Assembly (NCBI GenBank): GCA_023150235.1
Contig: JAKLLH010000005.1
Location: 72,830 to 136,829 of the forward strand
Direction: 5' to 3'
DNA length: 64,000 nucleotides
Source of the DNA: Azonexus sp.
Lineage (GTDB): Bacteria > Pseudomonadota > Gammaproteobacteria > Burkholderiales > Rhodocyclaceae
Shown here: in pieces, positions 23,833 through 34,090 of the stretch
How the letters are laid out: each line of letters opens with the position of its first letter
Position numbering within the stretch: the first letter of the stretch is position 1
Notes under the pieces: generated by a model
Database searches by the model: none
What the model was told of the DNA's origin: nothing
What the model saw: the letters and a program-made list of their open reading frames with translations, nothing else
Translations under genes and position numbers: made by a program

Positions 23833-25023
23833 ATGAGCTTCCGCCGCTTCTTCACGCGCAAGCTCGGCCTCGGCCTTTTCCTCGCCGTGCTTATTGCCGG
23901 ATTGGGGCTGGTGGCGGTCCGTTCCGGCCCTTTTTCTCCGATTCGGGTGACGACGCAGCGCCTGGAGGCCGGCAGCTTTTCGCCGGTGATGTTTGCTATC
24001 GGCAATGTCGAGGCACGGCGTAGCTATCTCATCGGCCCGACGGCGGCGGGGCGGGTCCAGGCCGTTCATGCCGATGTCGGCGACAGGGTCGTGGCTGGGC
24101 AATTGCTGGTCGAAATCGACGCGCTTGACCTCGATGAACGCCTGCGTGCGGCGGACGCCGCCCATGCACGTGCGGCCAGTGCTGTCGTCGCTGCGGCGGC
24201 GCAGCACAGGGATGCGCAGGCCAGGCGGCAATTGGCTGAATTCAACCTCGGGCGCTATCGTGAGCTGGGGGCGAGAAACTTTGTCAGTGCCGGCGCCCTG
24301 GCGGGCAGGGAACAGGAGTTCGCTTCGGCCCAGGCGGCGTTCGAGGCTGGCGAAGCCAGCTTGCAGGGCGCCCGCCAGGAACTGCGTCGCCTGCAGGCCG
24401 AGCGCGATGGAATCGAGCGGCAGCGTCGGAACCTTCGGCTGCTGGCGCCGCGCGATGCCCTGGTACTCGGCCGCGATGCCGAACCCGGCTCGACCGTGCT
24501 TGCCGGCCAGGCCGTGCTGCGCCTGGTGGCACCGGATAGCCTTTGGGTCAGGGCGCGGCTGGATCAGGGGCGCTCACGCGGCCTGGCGCCGGGCCAGGCG
24601 GCCGAAATCGTCCTGCGTAGCGATGCCATGGCCGTACACTCCGGCAAGGTGCTTCGCATCGAGCCCTTGAGCGACAGCGTCACCGAGGAGCGTATCGCCC
24701 AAATCGCTTTCGAGCGCATCCCCGTGGGGCTCAGCATTGGCGAGATGGCCGAGGTCACCATAAAAACCGCTGCCTCGCAGTCCGCACTGCTGCTCCCCAA
24801 TGCGGCGATCAAGGCGATGTCGGCGGGTAGCGGAGTCTGGGTGGTGAAGGAAGGCAAGCCGCAGCTGACGCCGGTAAAGCTGGGTGAAGCCAGTCTCGAT
24901 GGTCGGGTGGAAATTCTGGCGGGCCTGCTTGCTGGCGACGAGGTCGTCATTCACAGCGAGCGCGCGCTTGCCGCGGGGGCGCGCATCGAGATCGTCGGGC
25001 AACTCGTGGAGGCATCGAGGTGA
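23833..25023 (+). CDS. Efflux periplasmic adaptor (MacA/HlyD-like)
   Basis: N-terminal TM, DVGDRV lipoyl half, coiled hairpin, GL..GDEV C-terminus. Confidence 0.9.
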   Translation: MSFRRFFTRKLGLGLFLAVLIAGLGLVAVRSGPFSPIRVTTQRLEAGSFSPVMFAIGNVEARRSYLIGPTAAGRVQAVHADVGDRVVAGQLLVEIDALDLDERLRAADAAHARAASAVVAAAAQHRDAQARRQLAEFNLGRYRELGARNFVSAGALAGREQEFASAQAAFEAGEASLQGARQELRRLQAERDGIERQRRNLRLLAPRDALVLGRDAEPGSTVLAGQAVLRLVAPDSLWVRARLDQGRSRGLAPGQAAEIVLRSDAMAVHSGKVLRIEPLSDSVTEERIAQIAFERIPVGLSIGEMAEVTIKTAASQSALLLPNAAIKAMSAGSGVWVVKEGKPQLTPVKLGEASLDGRVEILAGLLAGDEVVIHSERALAAGARIEIVGQLVEASR

Positions 25024-26213
25024 TCAGCCTGGCCGGGCGCGACATCCTTCACTCGTGGTCGAAGTTTGTCCTGACCGGTATCGGCCTGGGTTTGCTGATT
25101 GGCGTGACCCTGACCATGGCCGGGGTTTACCGGGGCATGGTCGACGATGCCAAGGCCCTGCTCAATAACAGTGGGGCTGACCTCTGGGTGGTGCAGCAGG
25201 ATACCCAGGGGCCTTATGCCGAATCCTCGAGCCTGCGCGACGATGTCTACCGCTCCCTGCGGGCGCTGCCGGGCATCCAGCGCGCCGCCAACGTTACTTA
25301 CCTGACGATGCAGGTCAGCCTCGCTGGCAGCGATGTTCGTGCCATGGTGGTCGGCTTTGAGCCCGGCCAACCCGGCGAGCCCGGCTATCTCGTCGCCGGG
25401 CGGCATATCGCCCGCAGCCATTACGAAGCTGTCGCCGACGTCAAAACCGGGTTTCGATTGGGCGATACGATACGCATCCGCCGTCATGAATATCGCGTGG
25501 TGGGCCTTACCCGGCGGATGGTTTCATCTGGCGGCGACCCGATGGTCTTCATCCCGCTCAAGGATGCGCAGGAGGCCCAGTTTCTCAAGGACAACGATGC
25601 CATTCTCAACGAGCGGGCGCGCACGGTCGCCAATCCTGCGCTGAACCGCGCCGGGGCGCCCGGTTTGCTCGATGCCGTCCTCGTCGCGCAGAGTGCGAAT
25701 CACCACGTCAATGCCGTCCTCGTCCGGCTCGTCGCCGGCGCCGATCCCGCACAGGTGGCTGGTGAAATTCGCCGCTGGAAGCACTTGCAGGCCTTCACGC
25801 GCAGCCAGATGGAGGAAATTCTGGTTTCCAAGCTGATTGCCACCTCGGCCAGGCAGATCGGCATGTTCCTTGTCATCCTGGCCATGGTCAGCGCCGCCAT
25901 CGTCGCCTTCATCATCTACACCATGACTTTGGGAAAAATACGCGAAATTGCCGTGTTGAAGCTGATCGGCACCCGTAACCGGACCATCGCCGGCATGATC
26001 CTGCAGCAGGCCATGGGGCTTGGCCTGATCGGCTTCATGGTCGGCAAGACAGCCGCCACCCTCTGGGCGCCGTTTTTCCCCAAATTCGTCCTGCTCGAAG
26101 CGGGCGATGCAATGCGCGGCCTGTTCGCGGTCATGCTCATCTGCGCCCTGGCCAGCACTCTCGCCATTCGTGTCGCCCTGCGCGTCGACCCGGCGACCGC
26201 CATCGGAGGTTAG
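25020..26213 (+). CDS. MacB/FtsX-like ABC permease
   Basis: GADLWV periplasmic domain, REIAVLKLIG, four TM. Confidence 0.9.
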   Translation: MISLAGRDILHSWSKFVLTGIGLGLLIGVTLTMAGVYRGMVDDAKALLNNSGADLWVVQQDTQGPYAESSSLRDDVYRSLRALPGIQRAANVTYLTMQVSLAGSDVRAMVVGFEPGQPGEPGYLVAGRHIARSHYEAVADVKTGFRLGDTIRIRRHEYRVVGLTRRMVSSGGDPMVFIPLKDAQEAQFLKDNDAILNERARTVANPALNRAGAPGLLDAVLVAQSANHHVNAVLVRLVAGADPAQVAGEIRRWKHLQAFTRSQMEEILVSKLIATSARQIGMFLVILAMVSAAIVAFIIYTMTLGKIREIAVLKLIGTRNRTIAGMILQQAMGLGLIGFMVGKTAATLWAPFFPKFVLLEAGDAMRGLFAVMLICALASTLAIRVALRVDPATAIGG

Positions 26214-26216
26214 TGC

Positions 26217-26921
26217 ATGGAAGGTTTCGGAATACGCATCGAAGGACTGCGGAAACGTTATGGTCAGGGCGATACCGCGGTCGACGCCCTGAAAGACGTC
26301 AATATGGCGGTAGCACCGGGCGAGGTAGTCGGATTGATCGGGCCTTCCGGCTCGGGCAAGAGCACTTTGCTCAAGTGTCTGGGGGCGGTTATCGAGCCGA
26401 CGGCCGGCAGGATGCTGCTCGGCGAGGATGAGATTTTTGCCGATGGCTGGAAAATTCCTGACCTGCGGACCCTGCGTCGCGACCGGATCGGCTTCGTCTT
26501 TCAGGCGCCTTACCTGATTCCTTTTCTCGACGTTACCGACAATGTCGCCCTGTTGCCCATGCTGGCGGGCAAGCCGGACGAGATTGCCCGCCAGCGGGCC
26601 AGGACTCTGCTGGAAGCCCTCGATATCGGTCATCGCGCCAAGGCGCATCCGAGTCAGCTATCCGGCGGCGAGCAGCAGCGCGTGGCGATTGCCCGCGCCC
26701 TGGCCAACCAGCCGCCAGTCATCCTGGCCGACGAGCCGACGGCGCCGCTGGATAGCGAGCGCGCACTCGGCGTCGTGCGCATCCTCAACGACATGGCGCG
26801 ACAGTTTCATACCGCGATCATCGTCGTCACCCACGACGAGAAAATCATCCCCACCTTCAAGCGCATTTACCACATCCGGGATGGGCAGACTTTTGAAATG
26901 CAAGGCAGCCTTGGCGGCTGA
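26217..26921 (+). CDS. ABC ATP-binding protein (LolD/MacB type)
   Basis: [29 protein letters not shown]. Confidence 0.93.
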   Translation: MEGFGIRIEGLRKRYGQGDTAVDALKDVNMAVAPGEVVGLIGPSGSGKSTLLKCLGAVIEPTAGRMLLGEDEIFADGWKIPDLRTLRRDRIGFVFQAPYLIPFLDVTDNVALLPMLAGKPDEIARQRARTLLEALDIGHRAKAHPSQLSGGEQQRVAIARALANQPPVILADEPTAPLDSERALGVVRILNDMARQFHTAIIVVTHDEKIIPTFKRIYHIRDGQTFEMQGSLGG

Positions 26922-26974
26922 ACCTCCCGCCCGGCAAGGTCGAGCGCCCGTCTCCACGCTGGTGAAAGGCAGGC

Positions 26975-27018
26975 AAAATTGGGCTTTTTCACGGTCGACC
27001 GTAAAAAAGCCCAATTTT
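26975..27018. repeat. 44-bp near-perfect palindrome, CACGGTCGACCGTG family
   Basis: AAAATTGGGCTTTTTCACGGTC|GACCGTAAAAAAGCCCAATTTT between convergent genes. Confidence 0.75.
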
Positions 27019-27998
27019 CACCAGCCCCGCATCAAGGCCAGGCCGTGTGCGCCATGTTGTTGCGCAGTGGCCAGCATTTCCGGGCGCATGCCGCCGAGGG
27101 CGAAGACGGGCAGGGTGTTGCCGGCGAGGGTGGCGGCGAAGTGCTCCCAACCGAGGCCGCTGGCTTCCGGGTGGGTCGGGGTCGGCAAGACCGGGCCGAG
27201 CAGGGCGTAGTCGAGGTTGAGCTGGCCGGCGTGGGCGATCTCGGCGGCGCTGTGGCAGGAGGCGCCGACCCAGGCGAAGTCGGGGCGCTCGGCGCAGGCG
27301 GCGAGCCCGGCGCTCGACAGGTGGAGGCCATCGGCGCCGACCTGGCGGGCGATCTCGGCATCGTCGTTGATCACCACCAGCGCCCCGTGGCTGTGCGCGA
27401 TGCGGGTTACCGCCTTGGCCAGCCACAGGCGCTGCGGGCGCGGCCAGCTTTTGTCGCGGACCTGGATCAGGCGCGGTGCTTCGCCGCCACGTGCGAAGGC
27501 TTCTTCGAGGCGCTCCAGGGTGCGTTCGACGCCTTCCGTTTCGGCCATGGTGATCGCCATCTGCGTCGGCGTCGCCAGGCCTTTGAGGATCGGGTCGTTG
27601 GCGGGCAGGATCGGTGCGACCTGGGCGGCGTCGCCGCAGGCCTGCCAGGCGACGGCGCTGTGTTCGAGCGGGGCGGTGATGCCGATTTCGCCGTCCCAGG
27701 CGGTGACGCGCCAGAAGTGCAGGCGCACCGTTGCGTGCGGGTAGGTGAATTGCCGGGTCAGCCACGGCGAACAGGCGGTGACGTGAATCCCGAGTTCTTC
27801 GTGGAGTTCGCGCACCAGCGCCTCGCGCACGCTTTCGCCGGCTTCCAGCTTGCCGCCGGGGAATTCCCAGTAGCCGGCGTAGACCTTGCCTTCCGGCCGC
27901 TGCGCGAGCAGGAATTCCTGCCCCAGGCGGGTGCCGGGGGCGGGCCGCAGCATCACGGCGGCGGCGACTTCGACGATCTTGGTGGTGTCGGCGCTCAT
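27018..27998 (-). CDS. Nudix (MutT-like) hydrolase fused to thiamine-phosphate synthase-like domain
   Basis: WEFPGGKLEAGESVREALVRELHEELG Nudix box; VINDD, GASCH, FALGG. Confidence 0.92.
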   Translation of the reverse strand: MSADTTKIVEVAAAVMLRPAPGTRLGQEFLLAQRPEGKVYAGYWEFPGGKLEAGESVREALVRELHEELGIHVTACSPWLTRQFTYPHATVRLHFWRVTAWDGEIGITAPLEHSAVAWQACGDAAQVAPILPANDPILKGLATPTQMAITMAETEGVERTLERLEEAFARGGEAPRLIQVRDKSWPRPQRLWLAKAVTRIAHSHGALVVINDDAEIARQVGADGLHLSSAGLAACAERPDFAWVGASCHSAAEIAHAGQLNLDYALLGPVLPTPTHPEASGLGWEHFAATLAGNTLPVFALGGMRPEMLATAQQHGAHGLALMRGW

Positions 27999-28912
27999 AG
28001 TCCTGCTCCCGGTAGTTGGCCGTTGAGTTTGCTGGCACTGCGTCCGGCCAGGTCGCGGGCGTATTGCCAGGCGACGCGGCCGGAGCGCGAGCCCCGGCTG
28101 AGCGCCCAGTTGAGCGCGTCGCGTTCGTGTGCGGCGATCACCGCATCGGCGATCCCGAAGTGCCGGGCCCAGCGGCCGACCACGGCGAGGTAGTCGTCCT
28201 GGCTGAAGGGGTAGAAGGAAATCCACAGCCCGAAGCGCTCGGAGAGCGAGATTTTTTCCTCGGTCGCCTCGCCGGGGTGGATTTCATCGTCGACGCGGGT
28301 GGTTTCGAGGTTTTCCGAGAAATACTCGGGCATCAGGTGGCGGCGGTTGGAGGTGGCGTAGATCAATACATTGGCCGGCGGCGCCGCGACCGAGCCGTCG
28401 AGCACCGACTTGAGCGCCTTGTAGGCGGTCTCGCCGGCCTCGAAGGAGAGGTCGTCGCAAAAAATCACGAAGCGTTCCGGGCGGCCGTCGAGCAGGTCGA
28501 CGATGTCGGCGAGGTCGACCAGGTCGGCCTTGTCCACCTCGATCAGGCGCAGACCATCCGCCGCGTATTCGTTGAGCACCGCCTTGACCAGCGAGGACTT
28601 GCCGCAACCCCGGGCGCCGGTCAGCAGCACGTTGTTGGCCGGCTGGCCGGCGACGAACTGGCGGGTGTTGGCGACGATGCGCGCCTTCTGGTCGTCAATC
28701 GTGTCGAGGTCGGCGAGGCGGATCGGGTGCGGCTGGCGCACCGGCTGCAGCCAGCCGCGCCCCTGCGTCTTGCGCCAGCGGAAGGCGACGGCGGCCTGCC
28801 AGTCGGGGGCCGGGGTTAGCGGCGGCAGGCTGGCCTCAAAACGCGCCAGCACCTGTTCGGCGCGGGTGAGCAGTTGTTCGAGTAGTTGTTCGCGTTGCGG
28901 GCTGTGGCTCAT
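27995..28912 (-). CDS. DUF815-family AAA+ ATPase
   Basis: LLTGARGCGKSS, FCDDLSFE, YATSNRRHLMPE. Confidence 0.9.
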   Translation of the reverse strand: MSHSPQREQLLEQLLTRAEQVLARFEASLPPLTPAPDWQAAVAFRWRKTQGRGWLQPVRQPHPIRLADLDTIDDQKARIVANTRQFVAGQPANNVLLTGARGCGKSSLVKAVLNEYAADGLRLIEVDKADLVDLADIVDLLDGRPERFVIFCDDLSFEAGETAYKALKSVLDGSVAAPPANVLIYATSNRRHLMPEYFSENLETTRVDDEIHPGEATEEKISLSERFGLWISFYPFSQDDYLAVVGRWARHFGIADAVIAAHERDALNWALSRGSRSGRVAWQYARDLAGRSASKLNGQLPGAGL

Positions 28913-29052
28913 CGGGCAGTTATACTTTGCGGCAAAAGCCCGCACTCTAACGAGGCGAGCCCCGGCTTGTCACGCGCGTCGCCGTGCGCGGCCGTGCGCG
29001 GCCGCGCCGGTCGCACGGATTCCCCTTGACGTTTTTCTCTCCTTCGTCCGCC

Positions 29053-30411
29053 ATGTCGCTGTTTTCCGCTTTCCCCGCCCGCTGCCAGGACCGTCGTTCG
29101 AGCGTTTCATCGTCCCGTTCGGCGGGACATTTCGGCGGCCGCTCGCTGCTGGCGCTGGGCGCAGCCCTGCTGCTGGCCGCCTGCGGCGAACTGCCGCTGC
29201 TCGGCAAGGGCGGGGCGCCGGCCGATGCCGTCCCGGAAAAAGCCGCCTGCACCGCGTCGACCGTGAATGCCGGCGCTTGTCCCGCCTGCCCGGCTTGCCC
29301 TGGTGCGCCGACCGTCGCGCCGGCCTTCAGCCGCGCCTTGCTGCCCGCCGATTACGCCGATCTGCCCGGCTGGGGCGACGACGAGGTGGCCGCTGCCTGG
29401 CCGGCCTTCCTGCAATCCTGTCGCGGCATCGCCAGCAAGTCGCACGGCGCGGCCTGGAAGCGGGTCTGCGATCTGGCGCGGCAGAGCGAGGGCAAGCCGG
29501 GGTTCGACCCGCGCCGCTTTTTCGAAAGCCAGTTGCGGCCCTACGCGCTGGCCAACAACGCCGGCGCCCGGCCGGTCTTCGAGGGCACCATCACCGGCTA
29601 TTACGAACCGCTGCTGCGCGGCAGCCGCGAACGCAGCAAGAGCTTCGCGCAGCCGCTGCTTGGCGTCCCCGACGACCTGCTGACCATCGACCTCGGCACG
29701 CTCTTCCCCGAGCTTAAAGACAAGCGCGTGCGCGGCCGGCTGGAGGGCAACAAGGTCGTGCCTTACTGGTCGCGCGCCGACATCGTCGCCCGTGGCGAGC
29801 GGCTGCCGGCGCGGCCGCTGCTCTGGGTAGACGATGCAATTGAATTGTTCTTCCTGCAGATTCAGGGTTCCGGCCGCGTCCGCCTGCCTGACGGCAGCCT
29901 GGTCCGGGTCAATTACGCCGACCAGAACGGCCACCCCTACCAGTCGATTGGCCGGGTGCTGATCGAGCGCGGCGAACTCAAGGCCGAAGAGGCGTCGATG
30001 CAGGGCATCCAGGCCTGGGCGCGGGCCAACCCGGCGCGGCTCGACGACTTGCTCAACAGCAACCCGAGCTATGTCTTCTTCCGCGAAATGCCGGCCAACG
30101 GCAACACCAGCAACCCCAGCGCCGGGCCGCAGGGCGCGCTGGGCGTGCCGCTGACGCCCGAGCGCAGCCTCGCCATCGACCCGCGCGCGGTGCCGCTCGG
30201 CGCCCCGGTCTTCCTCGCCACCACCCGCCCCAATTCGGCGCAGCCGCTCAACCGGCTGATGCTGGCGCAGGATACCGGCGGTGCGATCAAGGGCGCGGTG
30301 CGTGCCGACTTTTTCTGGGGCTTCGGCAAGGAAGCCGGCGAACAGGCCGGGCGGATGAAGCAGTCGGGCCGGATGTGGGTCCTGCTACCGCCGGAAGCGG
30401 CGCCGCAATAG
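29053..30411 (+). CDS. mltA: Membrane-bound lytic murein transglycosylase A
   Basis: LLLAAC lipobox, ITGYYEP, LQIQGSG, NPSYVFF, AQDTGGAIKG, DFFWG. Confidence 0.93.
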   Translation: MSLFSAFPARCQDRRSSVSSSRSAGHFGGRSLLALGAALLLAACGELPLLGKGGAPADAVPEKAACTASTVNAGACPACPACPGAPTVAPAFSRALLPADYADLPGWGDDEVAAAWPAFLQSCRGIASKSHGAAWKRVCDLARQSEGKPGFDPRRFFESQLRPYALANNAGARPVFEGTITGYYEPLLRGSRERSKSFAQPLLGVPDDLLTIDLGTLFPELKDKRVRGRLEGNKVVPYWSRADIVARGERLPARPLLWVDDAIELFFLQIQGSGRVRLPDGSLVRVNYADQNGHPYQSIGRVLIERGELKAEEASMQGIQAWARANPARLDDLLNSNPSYVFFREMPANGNTSNPSAGPQGALGVPLTPERSLAIDPRAVPLGAPVFLATTRPNSAQPLNRLMLAQDTGGAIKGAVRADFFWGFGKEAGEQAGRMKQSGRMWVLLPPEAAPQ

Positions 30412-30460
30412 AGCATGCCGACTCCCCGCGCACGGACTTGAGGCGGAATCTTGCGGCCAA

Positions 30461-30545
30461 GCACCATCGCGGTGCGCATAAATGCACCATGAAGGATGCA
30501 ATGCACTGATTTGCAATGGAATTTTGCACTGGAACAGTGCTTGCT
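30461..30545 (+). promoter_or_regulatory. NtrC site(s) and sigma54 -24/-12 promoter of amt
   Basis: GCAC-N7-GTGC at 30461-30475, weaker site at 30483-30500, TGGAAC-AGTGC-TTGCT at 30530-30545 (GG-N10-GC). Confidence 0.75.
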
Positions 30546-30578
30546 TAGTGGCGTTCCTATCCTGATATCGGAGCTAAC

Positions 30579-31781
30579 ATGGACGCACATCAATCCGGCA
30601 GCAACGTCTTGTTCATCCTGCTCGGCGCCATCATGGTGCTGGCCATGCACGCCGGCTTCGCCTTTCTCGAAGTCGGCACCGTGCGCAAGAAAAACCAGGT
30701 CAACGCGCTGGTCAAAATCCTGACCGACTTCGCGATCTCGACCATCGCCTACTTCTTCATCGGCTACGGCATCGCCTACGGCGCGCACTTCTTCGGCAGC
30801 GTCGATACGCTGATGGAAAAGAGCGGCTTCGAGCTGACCAAGTTCTTTTTTCTGCTGACTTTTGCCGCTGCAATCCCGGCGATCATCTCCGGCGGCATCG
30901 CCGAGCGCGCCAGGTTCCACCCGCAACTGGCCGCCACCTTCCTGCTGGTCGGCTTCGTCTATCCCTTCTTCGAGGGCATTGCGTGGAACCAGGCCTTCGG
31001 CATCCAGGCCTGGCTCAAGGCGACCTTCGGCGAGGAGTTCCACGACTTCGCCGGCTCCGTCGTGGTGCATGCGATGGGCGGCTGGATGGCGCTGCCGGCA
31101 GTGCTCCTGCTCGGTGCGCGTTATGGCCGCTACAGCAAGGACGGCCGCATTTCGGCCCACCCGCCGTCATCGATTCCCTTCCTTGCCTTGGGTTCGTGGA
31201 TCCTGATCGTCGGCTGGTTCGGCTTCAACGTGATGAGCGCACAAACTCTCGACAAAATCTCCGGCCTGGTCGCGATCAACTCGCTGATGGCGATGGTCGG
31301 CGGCACGCTGGTCGCGCTGGTGATGGGCAAGAACGACCCCGGCTTCGTCCATAACGGCCCGCTCGCCGGCCTGGTCGCCGTTTGCGCCGGCTCCGACCTG
31401 ATGCACCCGATGGGGGCGCTGGTCGTCGGCGGCGTTGCGGGTGGCCTGTTCGTGGTGATGTTCACGCTGACCCAGAACCGCTGGAAAATCGACGATGTCC
31501 TCGGCGTCTGGCCGCTGCACGGCCTTTGCGGCGCCTGGGGCGGCATCGCCGCCGGCATCTTCGGCAGCAAGGCCCTGGGCGGCGCCGGCGGCATCGCCTT
31601 CATGCCGCAGCTGATCATGACCGTGCTGGCAATCGTCATCGCCGTTTCCGGCGGCGTGCTGGTCTACGGCCTGCTCAAGACCCTCTTCGGCATCCGCCTC
31701 GACCAAGAGGAAGAATACGAAGGCGCCGACCTGTCGATCCACAAGATCACCGCCACACCGGAGCGTGAACCGAACTGGTGA
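30579..31781 (+). CDS. amt: Ammonium transporter (Amt family)
   Basis: DFAGSVVVH and WPLHG twin-His motifs, GWFGFN, 11-TM profile. Confidence 0.95.
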   Translation: MDAHQSGSNVLFILLGAIMVLAMHAGFAFLEVGTVRKKNQVNALVKILTDFAISTIAYFFIGYGIAYGAHFFGSVDTLMEKSGFELTKFFFLLTFAAAIPAIISGGIAERARFHPQLAATFLLVGFVYPFFEGIAWNQAFGIQAWLKATFGEEFHDFAGSVVVHAMGGWMALPAVLLLGARYGRYSKDGRISAHPPSSIPFLALGSWILIVGWFGFNVMSAQTLDKISGLVAINSLMAMVGGTLVALVMGKNDPGFVHNGPLAGLVAVCAGSDLMHPMGALVVGGVAGGLFVVMFTLTQNRWKIDDVLGVWPLHGLCGAWGGIAAGIFGSKALGGAGGIAFMPQLIMTVLAIVIAVSGGVLVYGLLKTLFGIRLDQEEEYEGADLSIHKITATPEREPNW

Positions 31782-31935
31782 GCTTTGCCCGTAAGGGAAA
31801 AATCCGAGTCGGAAAAATATGGAAAATCCGCGCCACCCGCGCCAGGCCGGTTTTCTCCAGTTTGACTGGGGAGGCCGGCGGGCTTGCTTTCCCCTTTGTT
31901 GATGAAGGGGGTTGCGGTGATCGCGGGTAGGAAGG

Positions 31936-32025
31936 TGGCGGGGGCTGTGAGATTCGAACTCACGGACGCCTTCCGACGTCGGCAGTTTTCAAGACTGCTG
32001 GTTTAAACCGCTCACCCAAACCCCC
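31936..32025 (-). tRNA. tRNA-Ser (anticodon UGA)
   Basis: 90-nt cloverleaf, GCAGT-CTTGAAA-ACTGC anticodon arm, long variable arm, G73, CCA. Confidence 0.95.
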
Positions 32026-32144
32026 GCGGCTGCGCCGATGCGCAGGGCGCGAATAATAGCACAAGCCGCTGTCTGCGCCAGTTATCCGATCAAGTACGGA
32101 AAACTACTGACTTGTCGGTGGGTACCTCATCTGGCGTCCGTGCC

Positions 32145-33059
32145 TCAGTCGCGCAGTTCGCGCCCGGTCAGCTTGATGAACACGTCTTCCAGGTTGGAGG
32201 CGCGGTGCACGTAGCGCAGGCCGTCGGCATCGGCGAGGCGGGCGAGCAGTGGGCGCGGGTCGTGGCAGTAGAAGAAGGCGGTTTCGCCTGAAACCTCGAC
32301 GCGTTCGGCCAGCGCTCTCTGGTTTTCGACGAATTCGGGCAGTCGACCGTGGAATTCGTCGTAGACCTCGACCACCTGCGGCTCGATGTGCCGGGCGATC
32401 AGTTCGCGCGGGCTGCCTTCGGCGATCTTGCGGCCGTGGTCGATCACGATCAGCGTGTCGGCCAGGCGCTCGGCTTCGTCCATGAAATGCGTGGTCAGGA
32501 TCAGCGTCTTGCCGGCGGCTTTCAGCTGTTTCAGGCGTTCCCAGATCAGGTGGCGGGCTTGCGGATCGAGGCCGGTGGTCGGCTCGTCGAGGAAGACGAT
32601 GTCGGGGTCGTTGATCAGCGCGCGGGCCAGCGTCAGCCGCCGCTTCATGCCGCCCGAGAGGCTGGCGATGCGCGCGTCGGCCTTGTTGCCGAGGCTGGCA
32701 AAATCGAGCAGGGCCGGGATGCGGGCGCGGATGTCGTGGTCGGCGAGGCCGAAATAGCGGCCGAAGACGAGCAGGTTCTCGGTGCAGGTGAAATCGGGGT
32801 CGAGGTTGTCGAACTGTGGGACGACCCCAACCCGGGCGCGGGCCGTTTGTGCTGCCGCCGGGATCGGCTGACCGGCAAGTTCGATGCGGCCGCTGTCGGG
32901 GGCGGTCAGGCCGAGGCAGAGGCGCAGCGTGGTGGTTTTGCCGGCACCGTTCGGGCCGAGCAGGCCGAAACAGCTGCCGGCAGCGACGGCAAACGAGAGG
33001 CCGGCGACCACCGGCTCGCCACCGTAGCTCTTCTTCAGTTCGCTGACCTGCAGCGCCAT
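32145..33059 (-). CDS. NodI-like ABC ATP-binding protein
   Basis: [39 protein letters not shown]. Confidence 0.9.
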   Translation of the reverse strand: MALQVSELKKSYGGEPVVAGLSFAVAAGSCFGLLGPNGAGKTTTLRLCLGLTAPDSGRIELAGQPIPAAAQTARARVGVVPQFDNLDPDFTCTENLLVFGRYFGLADHDIRARIPALLDFASLGNKADARIASLSGGMKRRLTLARALINDPDIVFLDEPTTGLDPQARHLIWERLKQLKAAGKTLILTTHFMDEAERLADTLIVIDHGRKIAEGSPRELIARHIEPQVVEVYDEFHGRLPEFVENQRALAERVEVSGETAFFYCHDPRPLLARLADADGLRYVHRASNLEDVFIKLTGRELRD

Positions 33060-33073
33060 GCCGGTTGCCGCGC

Positions 33074-33712
33074 TCAATGGCGCCAGGCGCGGCTGATGAT
33101 GTCGCGGATCTGGTGCAGGCGGCGATGGAAGAAATGGTCGGCGCCGGGGACCACCACCACCGGCAGGTCGAGCGGTTGTGCCCAGGCGAAGACGTTGGCC
33201 AGCGGCACTGTTTCATCGTTGGAGCCGTGGATGACGATGGTGTCGTGTGGTACGGCCTCGGTATTGTATTGGCGCGTTCCCTCGACAAAGCCGGCGGCGG
33301 TGCCGACCAGCACCAGGCGCTGCACCGGGTGGCCGGCTTCCTGCAGGTGCCTGGCGACGCGGGTCTGGCAGTAGGCGCCGAAAGAGAAACCGGCGAGCAC
33401 GACCGGGATGTCGCCGCAGCGGCGCTTGGCTTCTTCGAGGACGACCAGCAGGTCGTCGGTTTCGCCACGGCCTTCGTCATGCACGCCGTCGGTTTCGCCG
33501 ACGCCGCGGAAATTGGGGCGGAAGGCGGCATAGCCGAGGCCGACGAAGGTGCGCGCCAGGGTGTAGGCGACCTTGTTGGTGTTGGCGCCGCCACCCAGCG
33601 GGTGCGGATGCGCGATCAGTGCGATGCCGCGCGGCGCGTCAGGACGTTCCATGATCACGTCGATCTGGCCGGCCGGGCCGGCGATCAGGAATTTCTCTTC
33701 CGGGGCTTTCAT
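33074..33712 (-). CDS. Alpha/beta hydrolase
   Basis: [32 protein letters not shown]. Confidence 0.92.
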   Translation of the reverse strand: MKAPEEKFLIAGPAGQIDVIMERPDAPRGIALIAHPHPLGGGANTNKVAYTLARTFVGLGYAAFRPNFRGVGETDGVHDEGRGETDDLLVVLEEAKRRCGDIPVVLAGFSFGAYCQTRVARHLQEAGHPVQRLVLVGTAAGFVEGTRQYNTEAVPHDTIVIHGSNDETVPLANVFAWAQPLDLPVVVVPGADHFFHRRLHQIRDIISRAWRH

Positions 33713-33720
33713 CGCGGGCC

Positions 33721-34029
33721 TCAGATTTTCAGGCGTTCGACGACGCGGTTGTTGAGCAGGTCTTCCTGGATGATTTCGTCGAGGTCTTCGTTATCGACGA
33801 AGGAATACCAGGTCTCTTCCGGGTACACCACCAGCACCGGGCCGTTGTCGCAGCGGCCGAGGCAGCCGGCCTTGTTGATCCGCACCGCGCCGGGGCCGTT
33901 CTGCTTGAGCGCGCCGATGCGGTCCTTGACGTAGGCAAAGGCGTCCGAGCCGCCGCATTGGTGACAGCATGGCTCGCCGGCTTCGCGCTGATTGGTGCAG
34001 ATGAAGACGTGTTTGCGGAAGTAGCTCAT
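33721..34029 (-). CDS. Thioredoxin-like (2Fe-2S) ferredoxin
   Basis: HVFICTN, GCLGRCDNGP, VYPEETWY. Confidence 0.93.
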   Translation of the reverse strand: MSYFRKHVFICTNQREAGEPCCHQCGGSDAFAYVKDRIGALKQNGPGAVRINKAGCLGRCDNGPVLVVYPEETWYSFVDNEDLDEIIQEDLLNNRVVERLKI

Positions 34030-34090
34030 GGGGTTTCCTGGCAGACGTTGAACGGCGGGATTATACGCCGCGTCCCTTGAGGGCCATTGT

